From Octopus bimaculoides (lineage: Eukaryota): DNA of 64,000 nt. Both the position numbers and the translations under genes were made by a program. Below, piece by piece: positions 37,026 to 51,300 of this stretch (positions are counted from its first letter, which is position 1; every line of letters begins with the position of its first letter). The stretch covers positions 83,763,790 to 83,827,789 of the forward strand of contig NC_068986.1 in assembly GCF_001194135.2 (NCBI RefSeq). Direction: 5' to 3'. Below the pieces are notes generated by a model. The model searched no databases. It had not been told where the DNA came from and saw only the letters and a list, made by a program, of their open reading frames with translations.

Positions 37026-38647
37026 TTCACTCTCCCCTCCCCTCTCCTTCTCTTTCCCCCTCACCTCCCCTCTCTCCCCATCCCATCTCTCCCCATCCCA
37101 TCTCTCTCCCTCCCCTCTCCTCTCATGTATGTATGAACATGCACACTCACACACACACACACACACACATACACACACACACACACAAGCATATAGCTTA
37201 TATCACCTCTCTAATTTCTTCATTTTCAGCTGTATTGTGCAAGATTGTGTAATCTTCTAGTGTATTATTTCGTTTCTCATGACAATTAAATATACTGTTA
37301 TCAGTTGAAATATATCACGTTGCTATGGATATCTAGTATCCTAAATCTTAATTGGATTAACTTAAAGAAAACTGTCTTGTCTTCCATTGTAATTATTAAA
37401 TTAATTTCTTGCTGAAAAATCTTGTTGGAAGTAAGATTTTAATGAGTATAGAAAATATGTAGGGCAACAAACTTGTGGTTTTCAAAGGAGATCACGTCAT
37501 GAGAGTTGTAATAATTAGCTAAGTGAATTGCATGCAGAGTTACAGATCAAAAGGTTGATTGTTCTTATTTTGTCACTGACACAATACTGTGTTTTATGGC
37601 TAAGATATTTAATGCTCACTAGTTCAGTTCATCTAGTTTTAAATAACTTGTTCTAAGTTGTTGTTTAGACCTGATCATAAGCATTTCAGGATTCACTACT
37701 TTACCAATGTAACAGTCAAGGAGCTGGCAAATCCTTGTGAGAAACCAGAGTGAAGAATTAAGAGGTTACTATTGAGGCAGATACATTTGTTGTCTAGTAG
37801 AAAAGTTTTAGATCAATTTCAAAGAAACCAATATATAAGGCAATAAGAATGGTGAATATTAAAACTCAACAAGAGGCTTCCTGCAAATTCAGGCTATAGC
37901 TCTATTATGGTTGTCATGCAAACATCATAAGTACATTTTTATAACTTGAGCAAACCATAATTAATTTCTTTTCCTTTCTTCCTCTGTACGTTTATTTCTA
38001 ATTGAAAGAAATTAATGTGATACAGTTGTTTTCTTATATACATTCAATTGAAAATTCACAGCTGAGAAATTACTGGTATAGTGTCTTCAGCAGATAAAAA
38101 AGAACTAGACTTCTTCACTTACTAAACAAATTGGGTTCTAGTTTTCTTCAGCCATTATGCTCTTTTCTTAGGTAAAGAATACCTTATGTACTCTATTTGA
38201 ATTGCAATCTTGGGCAGTAGATTTCATTCATTGCTTGATTTAACCCCACCACCTAGCTATAGGTACCTTTAGCAGTGTCCACTCTTACAAGCATTTGGGC
38301 CATGTCTCTGGTCTGCAAATAGCTTCCCCCGCCATTCATGGAGACCTTGTAAGGGTCCTTGTATTAAAAAGTAAGGTTTAACAGGTGATTAATGCATAAA
38401 GTTTTCAAAACTGAACATGCTTTGTGGTCAGTAGTCTTATTAGACATTCAAGAGTCTAAGAGAATCTAAGTAACCAATCTATGGATCAATGCAGTTTAGA
38501 TTGCCTTAGTGACAGCAAGTGTTTATACTCTTGTCTCTTGAATCATTTGCATGGCTGGAAGGGAAATTGTAATACTTGAGCAACTGCACTGAGATCACCA
38601 GGTGAATATGTATTCAATGACATAGAGTGTGATTGTGTGTGTGTGTT

Positions 38648-38732
<85 letters not shown>

Positions 38733-40082
38733 ATTTTAGAATATTTAACCAGTGCTAAAGGCATCACTGTATGTCCAGTTACTTAACATTGTTCATAAGC
38801 ATTTTCAGAGAATGCCCCTCCCTCCTACCTCTGATTCCTTGATGACTGTTGTTATTTAATATTGGATGGAACATACAGAGGGTACTGAATTAGCTGTTTG
38901 GTGGAGTGCTAAGGCTAAACACTTCAAAATATTTAGTTTCATCACTTTATGTTCTGAATTCAAGTATTATTGAACCACACGATGTTTATATGCCAACATA
39001 GGAAATCGATATTGATGGCTAACAATGAAATAAAGTTATATCTTTATACTTGTAATGCTTCAGGTGATATCCACTCATCTTTAAGAGTTGTAGTTGTTTA
39101 GTTTCAGGTAACCCTGAACAAGCATGTTTATGACCAAAAGCACTTCAGCGATGAATATCGCATCTTTTTCTCAGATACAGTGTATCTAAAACTACCTTAT
39201 CTAATATACATTCAAAGATGGCAGATGATTTGAGGAAGAATTGACTGCTGTTATTAGAATTTCTTATGACCCTATAGAGGTTCCCTCAGTTACCCAAGAC
39301 TTTTTCCATTTTCATCATCATCATCATCATCACCACCACCACCACCACCACCACCACCACCACCACCACCNNNNNNNNNNNNNNNNNNNNNNNNNNNNNN
39401 NNNNNNNNNNNNNNNNNNNNNNNNNNNNNNNNNNNNNNNNNNNNNNNNNNNNNNNNNNNNNNNNNNNNNNNNNNNNNNNNNNNNNNNNNNNNNNNNNNNN
39501 NNNNNNNNNNNNNNNNNNNNNNNNNNNNNNNNNNNNNNNNNNNNNNNNNNNNNNNNNNNNNNNNNNNNNNNNNNNNNNNNNNNNNNNNNNNNNNNNNNNN
39601 NNNNNNNNNNNNNNNNNNNNNNNNNNNNNNNNNNNNNNNNNNNNNNNNNNNNNNNNNNNNNNNNNNNNNNNNNNNNNNNNNNNNNNNNNNNNNNNNNNNN
39701 NNNNNNNNNNNNNNNNNNNNNNNNNNNNNNNNNNNNNNNNNNNNNNNNNNNNNNNNNNNNNNNNNNNNNNNNNNNNNNNNNNNNNNNNNNNNNNNNNNNN
39801 NNNNNNNNNNNNNNNNNNNNNNNNNNNNNNNNNNNNNNNNNNNNNNNNNNNNNNNNNNNNNNNNNNNNNNNNNNNNNNNNNNNNNNNNNNNNNNNNNNNN
39901 NNNNNNNNNNNNNNNNNNNNNNNNNNNNNNNNNNNNNNNNNNNNNNNNNNNNNNNNNNNNNNNNNNNNNNNNNNNNNNNNNNNNNNNNNNNNNNNNNNNN
40001 NNNNNNNNNNNNNNNNNNNNNNNNNNNNNNNNNNNNNNNNNNNNNNNNNNNNNNNNNNNNNNNNNNNNNNNNNNNNNNNNNN

Positions 40083-40118
<36 letters not shown>

Positions 40119-40529
40119 GTTCAGTAAAGTTTTATAGTGACTTCAATCTATTACACATTAGAACATTTCTGTAGTTGATACCATTATTATCTGTTGTCTT
40201 AATATGATGATAGTACAAGGAAGAAGTATTTTGCTGTTATATAATATCTCAAATGTGTTATACTGAAATGTTCATGTTACAGCTTTTGATTTCACGACCA
40301 CTTTAGGTGATGAATTCATTCACCTTTCAGAATGACAAATGACAAGTTTTCCCTTCTCGTTTAACCCATACACCTCACAAAACTCACAAGCACATACACT
40401 CACACATATACATAAGCACACATGCATGCATGCACACACACACACACACACACGCACACACATGCATGCACGCACACACATGCACGCACACACATGCACA
40501 CACGCACAATTCATTGTTTAAAACATACT

Positions 40530-40690
40530 TAGGCGCAGGCATAGCTGTGTGGTCAAGGTGTTTACTTGCAACCATGTAGTTTTGTGTTTGCTCTCATTGT
40601 ATGACATCCTGTTCAAGTGTCTTCTGCCATAGTCTTGCACCAACCAAAGCCTTGTGAGTGGATTTTGGGAGCTATGGAAGCCTGTCAGAT
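40530..40690 (+). mobile_element. SINE family C head
   Basis: AGGCGCAGGCATAGCTGTGTGGT..CAAGTGTCTTCTGCCATAG..CCAAAGCCTTGTGAGTGGATTT. Confidence 0.7.
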
Positions 40691-41099
40691 GAACCATCCC
40701 TGTTGATAGGTGGTTAATTCCATGCTTGGTTTAACACCACCCATCACCTAACTCTTAGCTGCCTTTATTGGAGTCGACTCTGTCTTAGAGTGGTATGATT
40801 CTTTGATTGATGTCCCCAGTGTTTCAGAGGCTCCCAAAAGGTTTATGGGTGCTGAATCATCTGATTTAGCCACATGCATACACACTCAAAGAAAAAAAGA
40901 AAAAAAATCTTCACAGTATGAAAGAACATTTTGGAAGTGTTGCTTTTATATCATGATTTAAAAATTCCAAAGAGAAAATTAATCAATGTTTGACATTTTA
41001 ATGTTGTTTTTCTCTATTGCTACTTATGACATTCTACCAACAACTTAAAACACTTTTAAAGGCCATGCTTATAAAACAGAAGTGATGTTCACTCAAGTT

Positions 41100-41320
41100 A
41101 TTGTTATTTAACCCCCGAGTCCGCTAGAATTGAGCAGATCTGTGATGAAAGCATTTGTACAATGACTACATGACTATCCTTTCTTTCTTTTATTTTTTCA
41201 AGCAGACTGTATCTAGAACTATATCATTCAATATGTCCTTCCTTCTTTAAGAAAACAGAATGGGATTTGAGAGAGATTTAGCAGCAATTTCTTACAGGTT
41301 GGGCATAGAGGCCCCCTTAC
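41100..41320 (+). repeat. Family B copy (another at about 41760-41935)
   Basis: TTTAACCCCCGAGTC..ATTGAGCAGATCTGTGATGAAAG..TATCTAGAACTA..GGATTTGAGAGAGATTTAGCAGCAATTTC. Confidence 0.7.
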
Positions 41321-42199
41321 ATAGTACAATTTATAATGATTGGTTTCTGGGCATAAAAAGAAGTAAATCCTGCAATACATTGTTTTATAGAGGTTTCAGT
41401 AGAAGAACCAACCATATAGATACCACATCCCTCTTCACTTAATATTCATGAAAGTAATTCAAATCTGCATTTCAAGTTAACAAAACTCTGTCAACAAACA
41501 TTGGTCCTTTTGCTGTTAGTGAGGGTTGTTTTTACGGTGTGAACAAGACACATTGTTGAGGATGGAATGTTAGTGGTTAGATCCTATGATTACCTTCCGA
41601 ACTGATCAGCTATCATTATACAAAGAGGTCCACTAGTTTCTACTAAGTTAAAAATTTTATAGGTATTTGAATTAATGATAATCTATGTATACAGATGTTT
41701 TCCTTTTAGCAGGCTCTGTAACTTTAGACAGAAGCAATAATTGCAGTATATTTGGATGTGTTGCTATCAGGGCAGCTCTGATTGAGTAGATCTATGATCA
41801 AATACATTGCAAGCATGACCATCACATCTTGTTTCCAGACATAGTATCATCTTCTAAGAGTACATTATCCAATGACCTTCCTTTTCCGAGATGATTTGAA
41901 GGATATTTGGCTGCTATTTCTAGCATGTCCAGCAGGGCAACTTTTTTCAAGAAATAGGCCACATGAAACATGGCTCATCATCAGATAGGCTGTACTGCTA
42001 AAAAAATTAAAGGTAACTTTTTGTCAGGCATGTCATGCAATAAATCTCATGGGCTGCAGGTTGCCCATGACTGGCTAAAGACTAGTGAAGAATTGGAAAG
42101 AACAGTTATATATAGTATTATATAAACCTTACATTAATCATATAAGCATTATACTACTCACCAGAGTGTATCTTTTAAACATTATGTCACAATATAAAC

Positions 42200-42380
42200 A
42201 AATATATTTATAATGTAAACAATATCTCTGTGATATAAGCCATATCTTTGTGGTATAAACAGTATCTCCTTTGTATACACAATATCTCCATGGTAGAAAC
42301 AATATCTCTATGATATAAACAATATCTCTATGGTATAAACTATATCTCTGTGATATAAACATTTCTGTGGTATAATCAAA
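42200..42380. repeat. About 20-21-bp minisatellite (TATAAACAATATCTCTGTGG), decaying to about 42700
   Basis: Direct reading of at least 7 units. Confidence 0.8.
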
Positions 42381-44477
42381 GTCACAATCAGCTCTTTCTA
42401 GTGTAAACAGCTCTGTAGCACAGCCTTTTTTTCCTATTGTAAACAGCTCACTGTGGTAGAAGCAAATATATATGATATTACAGATCACTTTAATATAAAC
42501 AACTCTCTACACTGTGAACACCTTTCTTTCTCTTTCTCTCCCTCCCTCTTTCCCCCCTCTCTCTCATAAACAGAACTGTGGTATAAAAATAGTAATCTAT
42601 GGTGGAAACAATTTCTATCGTATAAGTAGTCTTTGTTCTATAAACAGGATCTTTATTCCATAAACTGTTGCTGGGCTATAAATATGTCAGTAATATAAAC
42701 ATGTCTTGATTAGATACATCATATAGACATGAGTGTTTTTTTTTGTTGTTTTTTTTGGTGATATCTTGCCAATATAAATACTGTATCTTTAGTAAAATTG
42801 TCAATATTCTTAATGTACATTTATTTGTTTATTTAACTATTTTCTATCTGTTCCAGGATATAACATTTCTGGTCACCTGTAATACAAATACTTCGGATAA
42901 TCCAGTTAAAGCTAATCTGAACTGGTGATACTTCGATGATTGAGATAATAGTTGTAAGTATTTAGGTTCTTATACATATTGCTCTTTTTATATTGTTACT
43001 ATTGCTATTTCAGTTGTTGCTGTTATTTTTCACTTTTCACTTTTGATTGGGATTTATCATCAAAGGCACTCCTATGTTTTTAAAGATATTGGGGACTATC
43101 TTATCTAATTTCAGATTGTATCAATCATATTTCTATTAATGAACACTTTAATCTTTTTTTTTTCACCCACTATCCATCTCCACTCCATGCTCCACCCCCA
43201 CCTTGTTTTAGGTTCTCTTTATCTGCCCAGGCTCTGAACAGTCTGGTATAAAATATGATTTTGGTGTAACTTTTGTTCTAGCTTTTCATTGAACTTGGTA
43301 ATCCTAGTGGTACCTTTCTTTTGTTCAAAATGTGGGTGCTGTTGTTGACTCTCACGGGAGCTCTTCTACTTTTGACAGGTTTGTTTTTTTTAATTCCAAT
43401 CTATGCTCACATACCTTCCTCCCTGGACAAACCATGGCCAGGAAGTACTGGATAACATGACTGTCAGTAACAGAGGATCACTTACTAATTTTGCTGTTGT
43501 TATTGGTAATGATGGTGATGATAGTTCCATCATGATTCCAATTTACAGGTATGTATATTCTTGGAAAAAGATGGTTATAAAGGTTGTTGCTGGAGTTTCA
43601 GGTATAAGTCTATTAGTCAACCCCTTCCTAACAGAGACAACCAATCATTCAAATCCTGCTATAGTTGTTAAATGATGATGATGATAATCTACAAAGATGT
43701 TAGCTGACAAAAAGTACAAGATTGATGAATTATCATCATCATCATCATCATCATCATAGTTGCATGGTTGCATAGTAGAGTATGATTTGAAAGTGATTTA
43801 GTTGCTACTTATAGCAGGCTGAGCAACCATGTAGAGACTCTCTCATTGGCATGACAGCCATAATGGTTTCTTTCCAGTGTTGCAATAATTTTGACACTTA
43901 ACATTAGGAAATTATCACAAATGTAGATGACTTACTTTAATGAAACCATCAGCTATTTCCGGTGCACTAGTTGCTGTGTTTCTTTGAAATTTGTCTTAGG
44001 TGGCTGATTCAAAGTAATTTCAAAGTTAGCAGGGCAGAGGTAATGGGTGGTAGTACAACTTTGATGCAATTCTATAAAATGTGTTCTTCTTTGTAATGTA
44101 TTCATCTCTTTAATGCCTATAGCTTGAACTGAGCAGCTTGCAGTATTAATTATTAATGTATACTCTTTCACATAGACACACACACAAACACACACATTAT
44201 TGTGTGTGTGTATGCATGTGTGTGAAATGAATATATATGTATGTGTGTATACATATCACTATATTTATATGAATATATATATTTCATATTCATGTGTGTG
44301 TGTATGTGTGTGTGTGTTAATATATCTTAATTAGGTGAGGTGGTTGACATCTTTCACCTGAATTTTTAATATCTTAACATATAGATTTCTTCTTATCCAG
44401 TAGTTTTTAAGCAGCCTAACTATAATTATTGGAGGTTCTGAGATGGAAGATGTGAATCTAATGCAAGATCTTGGTGT

Positions 44478-44509
<32 letters not shown>

Positions 44510-45379
44510 NNNNNNNNNNNNNNNNNNNNNNNNNNNNNNNNNNNNNNNNNNNNNNNNNNNNNNNNNNNNNNNNNNNNNNNNNNNNNNNNNNCCACGTTGA
44601 TATTTTCTGTCACATATTTTTGGGATGCCTCATGTTGAGTTGCAAAATTCTAGTGTGATATTTGTGTAATAATGAAATCAAACCTGGAATGTGTGTGTGT
44701 GTTTATATTACAGAGACAGTATGTGTGAGAGAGAAATGGGAGAGAGAGAACATTGCAAACAATGAATGAAATAAATATGAAATGAAAAAATCATATAAAT
44801 AAAAGCTCGTTAAAAACTGTCTTGTACCGAACATTTGAATTTGTACACTTAAAATATTCTATAATAAAAGGAAGTTCAGAAAGTAAATTTTCCTGAAAAT
44901 TTCAATTTATAAAAAATCTCACTTGCTTAGTAAATATTTCTTTCAGTAATTTATCATAGTTGTAATATATCTGTGTTTCAAATTGATGCAATGCTTGCAT
45001 TGTTCAATTAAATGGAGCTACCTGAAATGGCTGCATTGCATTAATACCTTGACATCCTTGTTACTTGTTTGCTTTTTATTCACCTTACTTTGAGCCTTGC
45101 GGATAATACAGGACTGGCTTGGTGCATGAACTTAAGTACCTTATTCAACTAAATTTGAATTATTTACATGCATGCATGCATGCATACATACATACATATA
45201 AATAAATAAAGGATTGTGAAGTTAACTTAACAAAGACCAGAGTTCTAGTATGTAGGAAACCAGACAGGATGCTGATCCCTTCAGGAAAATGGTCTTCTTC
45301 AATATGTAGAAAAGGTGTTGTAGAAACTTCATTCAGTGTACCCGGTGCAAATTAAAGATGGTGCAATGGAATTGCATGA

Positions 45380-45540
45380 AGGTTTAACACACCAGCCTTC
45401 TGCACAGTTTTGATCTACCAAATCTCACTCACAATGTATTAGTTAATCTAAGGTTATACAAGAAGACACTTGTCTAGGATGTCTTGAAGTGTAGGTCAAC
45501 TCTGATGCTTATGCAAACTTCATAACCACACAGCCGTGTC
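45380..45540 (-). mobile_element. SINE family C head
   Basis: CTACCAAATCTCACTCACAATG..AGAAGACACTTGTC..AACCACACAGCC. Confidence 0.65.
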
Positions 45541-45543
45541 TAT

Positions 45544-45586
<43 letters not shown>

Positions 45587-48500
45587 TGTGCTAATATGTC
45601 TTAAAAATACTATGTATGATCATCCACAAACGTTTCACTGGTATCACCGGTAATTACATTTGTTGTACAGCTACACATTCTTCAATCTTTGTGCTTATGT
45701 GCACACATATTAACACACTGCATTTATTTAGAACAAATATCTTATGGTTGGCAACACCTCCTTGCAAAATCATTGTACCCTGAAGTGTCAGTGAAACATG
45801 TGTTTAGTTTTTATTTGTATTTGTTTTCACAACAATGTCTTGATCTCAGTGTCTGTGAAGATGATGATGATGATGATAGTATGAGCAATGTGGGTGTAGT
45901 TTAAGCAAGCTATTTACTCCTGTTCAGTGATGCTGTTGATGTAATCTGGAGAACAAGACTTTTGGGAAGAATACCAGATATTTAGACTGTTGAAATGATA
46001 AGTAATGCTATCTCTCACATGAAGAAATTTCAGAATAAAATACTGATATCTTATTTCTTCCTGACTTATATATTTGGATCTAGCATCATCATCGTAAGCA
46101 TCAATATGACCATCATTATCATTGTTACCTTCTTCATTACCACCACTACTTCACTGTAATCATCATCATTGTCTATGACTATTTCTAACATTATTTAACT
46201 AGAATCATTATCACATATCATCAGATTCAGGATCATCAGTAACAGCAACATCAGTAGTTTGATACCTGATTTCTTGTAATCAGTTTCGATAAACAAATTA
46301 TATTTACAAGCTATATCATTTCGAGTACCTCAATCCAGTAATGATCCAGACTAACTTTTTTGTCCTAAGATATTCCCTACCAACTGCTTTCATTTTCAGC
46401 AGGTGAACATTAACCACTACCTTTTTTCAACCCAGGTGATATCCTAATTAAACCTCTCAAATCATTTACCAAATTCCTTGTTGCACCTGCATCTGATTCT
46501 GCCGCAATTTGTTTCTTTAGAACCAGTGCGGGCCATCCATTTTAACTGTCCATATTTCACTACCACAATTAAGCACATGGTCATTGAATAATTCATATTT
46601 TAAAAAAAAGTAGAAAGAGAGAATGAAGTAGTAAAGTAATGCAGAACATTAACCAAACCATTTCAGTTTAGGATGATTAATTCAAATGATGCCCAATCCC
46701 AATATCTCCAGTTGTAATGCTTCCAAGATAGTGAAATCTGCTAAAGGCCTCCCAAAACAGGAAGGTGTTGTTAACAGGGAAGTGTGATAAGACCTACTAT
46801 CCATGTTGGAACCTTTGGGTTTTTTTACTATTTGTTTCGTCATTATTATACCCATGGAGGTGACAGTTTGGAAAACTCATTAGAACATGTAGCAATATTT
46901 GTTTCAGCTCTCTATATGTTGAGTTCAAATTCTTCCAAGGTTATATTTGCCTTTCATCCTTTTGAGTGTTAGCAAATAAAGACATCTTTTATAGACTATC
47001 AGACTAAATGACTTCTAGTTTTTAAATTTCTCCTCTTGTGTTATAAATTTCAAGCTTTGTTAGGTTTAATTTTACCTTTCATCTCTCTGTTGTCAATAAC
47101 AAATATATTACTGTTATCTAAGACACAGTTCAAATAACTTTACTTAACCCTTCTACAAAAATTACCATTGTGTCTACTCAAAAAAAAAAAAAAAAAAAAA
47201 AAAAAAATAATCCTTCAAATTTAGTTTCAATGACAATTTTTGTTTCTTTTATTTCAAGAAACTTAGCATTTGTGTATAGGGCAAACCTCTTTGAAACTAC
47301 ATATGTTATCATTCTATAAATCCTTTTCCACACAAGTATTCACATCATATTTGTCAGAGAGTTAACCTGTTCTTGGTTTCATGGACCAGAAGATGCTAGC
47401 AGTAGCTACTATATATAACTATAGTAACTACATGTGCTCTAATTGTGTTAGCCACTTTGTCAAGTTCATAGCTACTAGCTACTCTCATAAGTGTTAATTT
47501 ATTGATGACTCTTGTTATCAATAATTTAACAATTTCTATACCACAGCTGCTGGTTGTATTTATATAGCAGCTTTATTACATGTAACTAGTGTAGCTGTAA
47601 ATCATGTTGATAAATTAACCCTTGTCAAGTCTTGTCAAGTAAGTAAATGGGTCTCCAGCTGTTTCGATGATGATTATTCCAGTTGGTTAACTAACTGAAC
47701 TGCCACCTCATTAAATTATTGTGTAGATGGCTGAGTATTCCACAGATAACTGTAATTTTAATTCAATTCTTAGATAGAATCAGTATGGCAGTATGTAGAA
47801 AGGCTAGCCCTTAAAATTACATATACAGTCCATGACAGACTTTTATTTGCAAATCAAGGGTCAATACAAAGCTAAAGTAAATGTCATTTTAGATAGCAGG
47901 CAGCAACATTGAACCCAGGATTTCATGATTGCAAAGAGAACTTATCTACAGAGCTATGTTTGCATCCACAACTTGTATAGACACACAGCACATACTATAT
48001 TGAATATTATTTGTACTCTTCATTGTCTGTACTCACCAATATGTTATTGCATTTCAAATTTTTCTATTAACATCACATTTTATCTTTCACAGTCTCACTT
48101 CTCCCTTTTTCACTTTGAGAAGGCCCTTGTAGATTATAGACCATATGCAGTTTTGAAGTATTAGCAATGCACCTTCTTCTTTGCACACAAAAACACTGAT
48201 TGCAGCATTTATAATGTTTGTGAGACATATTGATTTGTTTTTGCTGAAGCTTAGCTTTTCAAATTTATAAAAGGTTTTGTAACATTATTTGATGTTCATC
48301 TATAAGATATTTGCAATTTAAGTGGGTTGAAATGACTTTAGCAGTAAACTAAACCTGGCTTAAAAACTTGACTCTCCAGTGGTGTAAATCATTATAAGTT
48401 TGTGTAATCAGTCAGTAAACTATATTGATTACAATTAACTGCTGGTTAACAAATGAACTAAGAAATCTTTCATGTGATAGCTTCATTTTCTTAAAATAGC

Positions 48501-48789
48501 AGGCAGACTCCTTCAAATTACACCTACTATCTTAAAAAAGAGGGCACATCAGACAATGTAGCTTTAGATATAGGGAAAAGATAGGATGATCATGACTATA
48601 TTGCATTGCCTTTGATAAGTTGGGACTGACCTAAGATTAAATAACAGCAACATCTGGTTGGCAGTCATAGCTATTACATGTATCAGCATTAAATCGTTTT
48701 ATCATTTAAAGTTAAGAGGGAAAAGCACAGAATATGTCAAAGAAAGAAAAGGAAAGCAATATGAATAAAATAATAATTTGTTTAACAAT

Positions 48790-49170
48790 ATTCTACATTG
48801 TAGTGAAACATAAGCATTGAATGTAGGTGTGAAAGCTGGAAACAAGGCACGAATATTCAGCTGAAAGTGTAATGTTAGTGTGATGAATGCTGAGCTTAGA
48901 GAAAAACTAAATATATAAATGGTCTAATGTTGTGTGCTGCAAAGAAGGTTGTGTTGGTATGGGAATGATATGTATGAAGAATGACAGCTGAATAAAAAAG
49001 TGCTAAGTGATCTGATGCATAGAAACCAACAGGCAAACTAAGGAAGACAACAGAAGTGATGAAACTGATTTCAGAATGTTGAGCCTCACAAGGGAAGTGA
49101 CAAGAGATCATCACCAAGAGGTATGATGTACTTGAGAAGACCTGTGCAAGAGTAAACCCTTTCAATACCA
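48790..49170 (+). mobile_element. RTE LINE ORF C-terminal fragment (decayed)
   Basis: LHCSET*ALNV, KCNVSV, ELREKLNI, LQRRLCWYG, DFRMLSLTREVTRD. Confidence 0.65.
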
Positions 49171-50065
49171 ACCTACATGAGACTACTTTTATTAAAGAGT
49201 TCATATTTCAATTTAAATCTCAATTGAAATCTCATTTTTATGATAAGAATGGTAAATTAACATTCCCCTACAAAAGAACTGAGATAAGGTTGCATGATCT
49301 GCTAGAAATAAAACCACAAAATATGATGGCCATGGCTAGCGTGCCTTCGATCATCAATTCTATCAGGACTGTCCTAAAGTTAAACAACAATAGCAACAAC
49401 ATCCCACAAACCAAAAAAGTAATGCTGTCTTCTAAATTCTTGATTACATCTTCTAAATTATTGATTATTTTGGAAATTGATTGAACCAAATAAATCTATT
49501 CTTGTCTGAGTAAGTCTTCAACAAATTAATTTTGGAATAAACAAGTCAGTGACAAAATCTCTACATTTGTTTCACATTCAAGAAACAGTTACTGTCTAGT
49601 TCTTGAATCACACTTAACCATCTTAAAAAACAAAACAAAGGGCTATATTCCATAATTTAGTCTGAGATAAACTATTTCTGAAAAGATGGAATAGTCATCA
49701 CTGGAGTACCTTTGATCATAGATCTGCTTGACTAGGGCTGACATGGAGGCTAAACAATATAACTCTAACACCAGTTATCAAATGCTATAGTAAGCTGCAA
49801 CATTTGATAACTATTATTAACTCTTAAGTCATGTCTATAAACATGTACAACTGTTGCCATTGCCCAGCTGTTGGAAACATTCAGCTGACCATTAAATTTT
49901 TTTCAGTATTCAATACAACTTTGAACAATGGGGTCATAGTATTCTTGGTATATCTGCAGTTGACGTCAGCTGTACATAATAGCTAAATACATATAAACTA
50001 TTGAAGCAGAATCTTCTGCTCATTGTTACCATTTAAAGAAGAGCTCAGATGTTGGAACTCTGAAA

Positions 50066-50990
50066 CATCATCATCATCATTTAACGTCCACTTTCCATGC
50101 TAGCATGGATTGGATGATTTGACTGAGGACTGGCGAAGCAGATAGTTGCACCAGGCTCCAATCTGATCTGGCAGTGCTTCTACAGCTGGATGCCCTTCCT
50201 AACGCCAGCCACTCCGAGAGTGTAGTGGGTGCTTTTACGAGCCACCGGCACGAGAGCCAGTCAGGCCATGCTCAAATGGTGTTTTTTACATGCCACCTGC
50301 ACGGAAGCCAGTCAGCTGCTCTGGCAGTGATCACACTCGGATGGTACTCTTAGTGCTCCACTGGCATGGGTGCCAGTCATCGAATTTGCGAATTTGATTT
50401 GATTTCAATTTCATTTGCTTCAACAGGACTTCACAAGCAGAGTTTAGTGTCCAATGAAGGAAAGGTACGTATAAGTGGGCTCTTACACCCCTGGCTAGGC
50501 CACAGGTTATGGTCTCACTTGGCTTGCTGTGTCTTCTCACGCATTGCATATTTCCAAAGGTTTCGATCACTAGTCGTTGCCCCGATGAGGCCTAATATTT
50601 GAAGGTTGTGCTTCACCACTTCATCCCAGGTCTTCCTGGGTCTACCTCTTCCACACGTTCCCTCAACCACTAGGGTGTGGCACTTTTTCACACAGCTATC
50701 CTCATCCATTCTCACCACATGACCATACCAGTGCAGTCGTCTCTCTTGCACACCACATCTGATGCTTCTTAGGTTCAACTTTTCTCTCAAGATACTTACA
50801 CTCTGTCTAGTATGCACACTGACATTACACATCCATCGGAGAATACTGGCTTCATTCCTTGCGAGCCTACACATGTCCTCAGTAGTCATGGCCCATGTTT
50901 CACTGCCATGTAGCATGGCTGTTCATATGCATGCATCATACAGTCTAACTTTTACTCTGAGTTAGAGGCCCTTTGTCACCAGCAGAGATA
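50066..50990 (-). mobile_element. RTE-clade LINE, 5'-truncated: ORF C-terminus (50515-50990), family D 3' UTR and (ATG)n tail
   Basis: MLHGSETWAMT..ERRLHWYGHVVRMDEDSCVKKC..EGTCGRGRPRKTWDEVV; contiguous UTR ending CCATGCTAGCATGGAAAGTGGACGTTAAATGATG. Confidence 0.9.
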
Positions 50991-51059
50991 AGATATAGAC
51001 AGATACAGAGAGAGAGACAGATATAGAGATAGATAGAGAAAGGAGGATAGAGAGATATA

Positions 51060-51300
51060 GATACATGTAATTGTTATGTCATTAACATTAGAAAACCAGA
51101 AGTAAATATTTTTTTAAACTTTCAAAGATGTGATCTAATATAAAAGTAATATTTTTTAATTTTTAGTGAAAAATTCAAATGAAGAGCTTAACATATGTCC
51201 GAGGTCAACTTATTCATGCATCATAAGTATGGAAGCAATCGGTGAAGCCGTTTTCACGTGAAAAGTGAATACACATACATCTCTATTTTATATATTAGAT
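51060..51300 (+). mobile_element. Possible non-autonomous Helitron/DINE-like 3' end
   Basis: AATCGGTGAAGCCGTTTT..GAATACACATACATCTCTATTTTTATATATTAGAT resembles DINE/Lep1-type termini. Confidence 0.4.

Noticed and set aside
44400-44480. EDVNLMQDLGVT resembling the CR1 KDLGV motif
   Set aside because: Too short and cut by (TA)n and a gap
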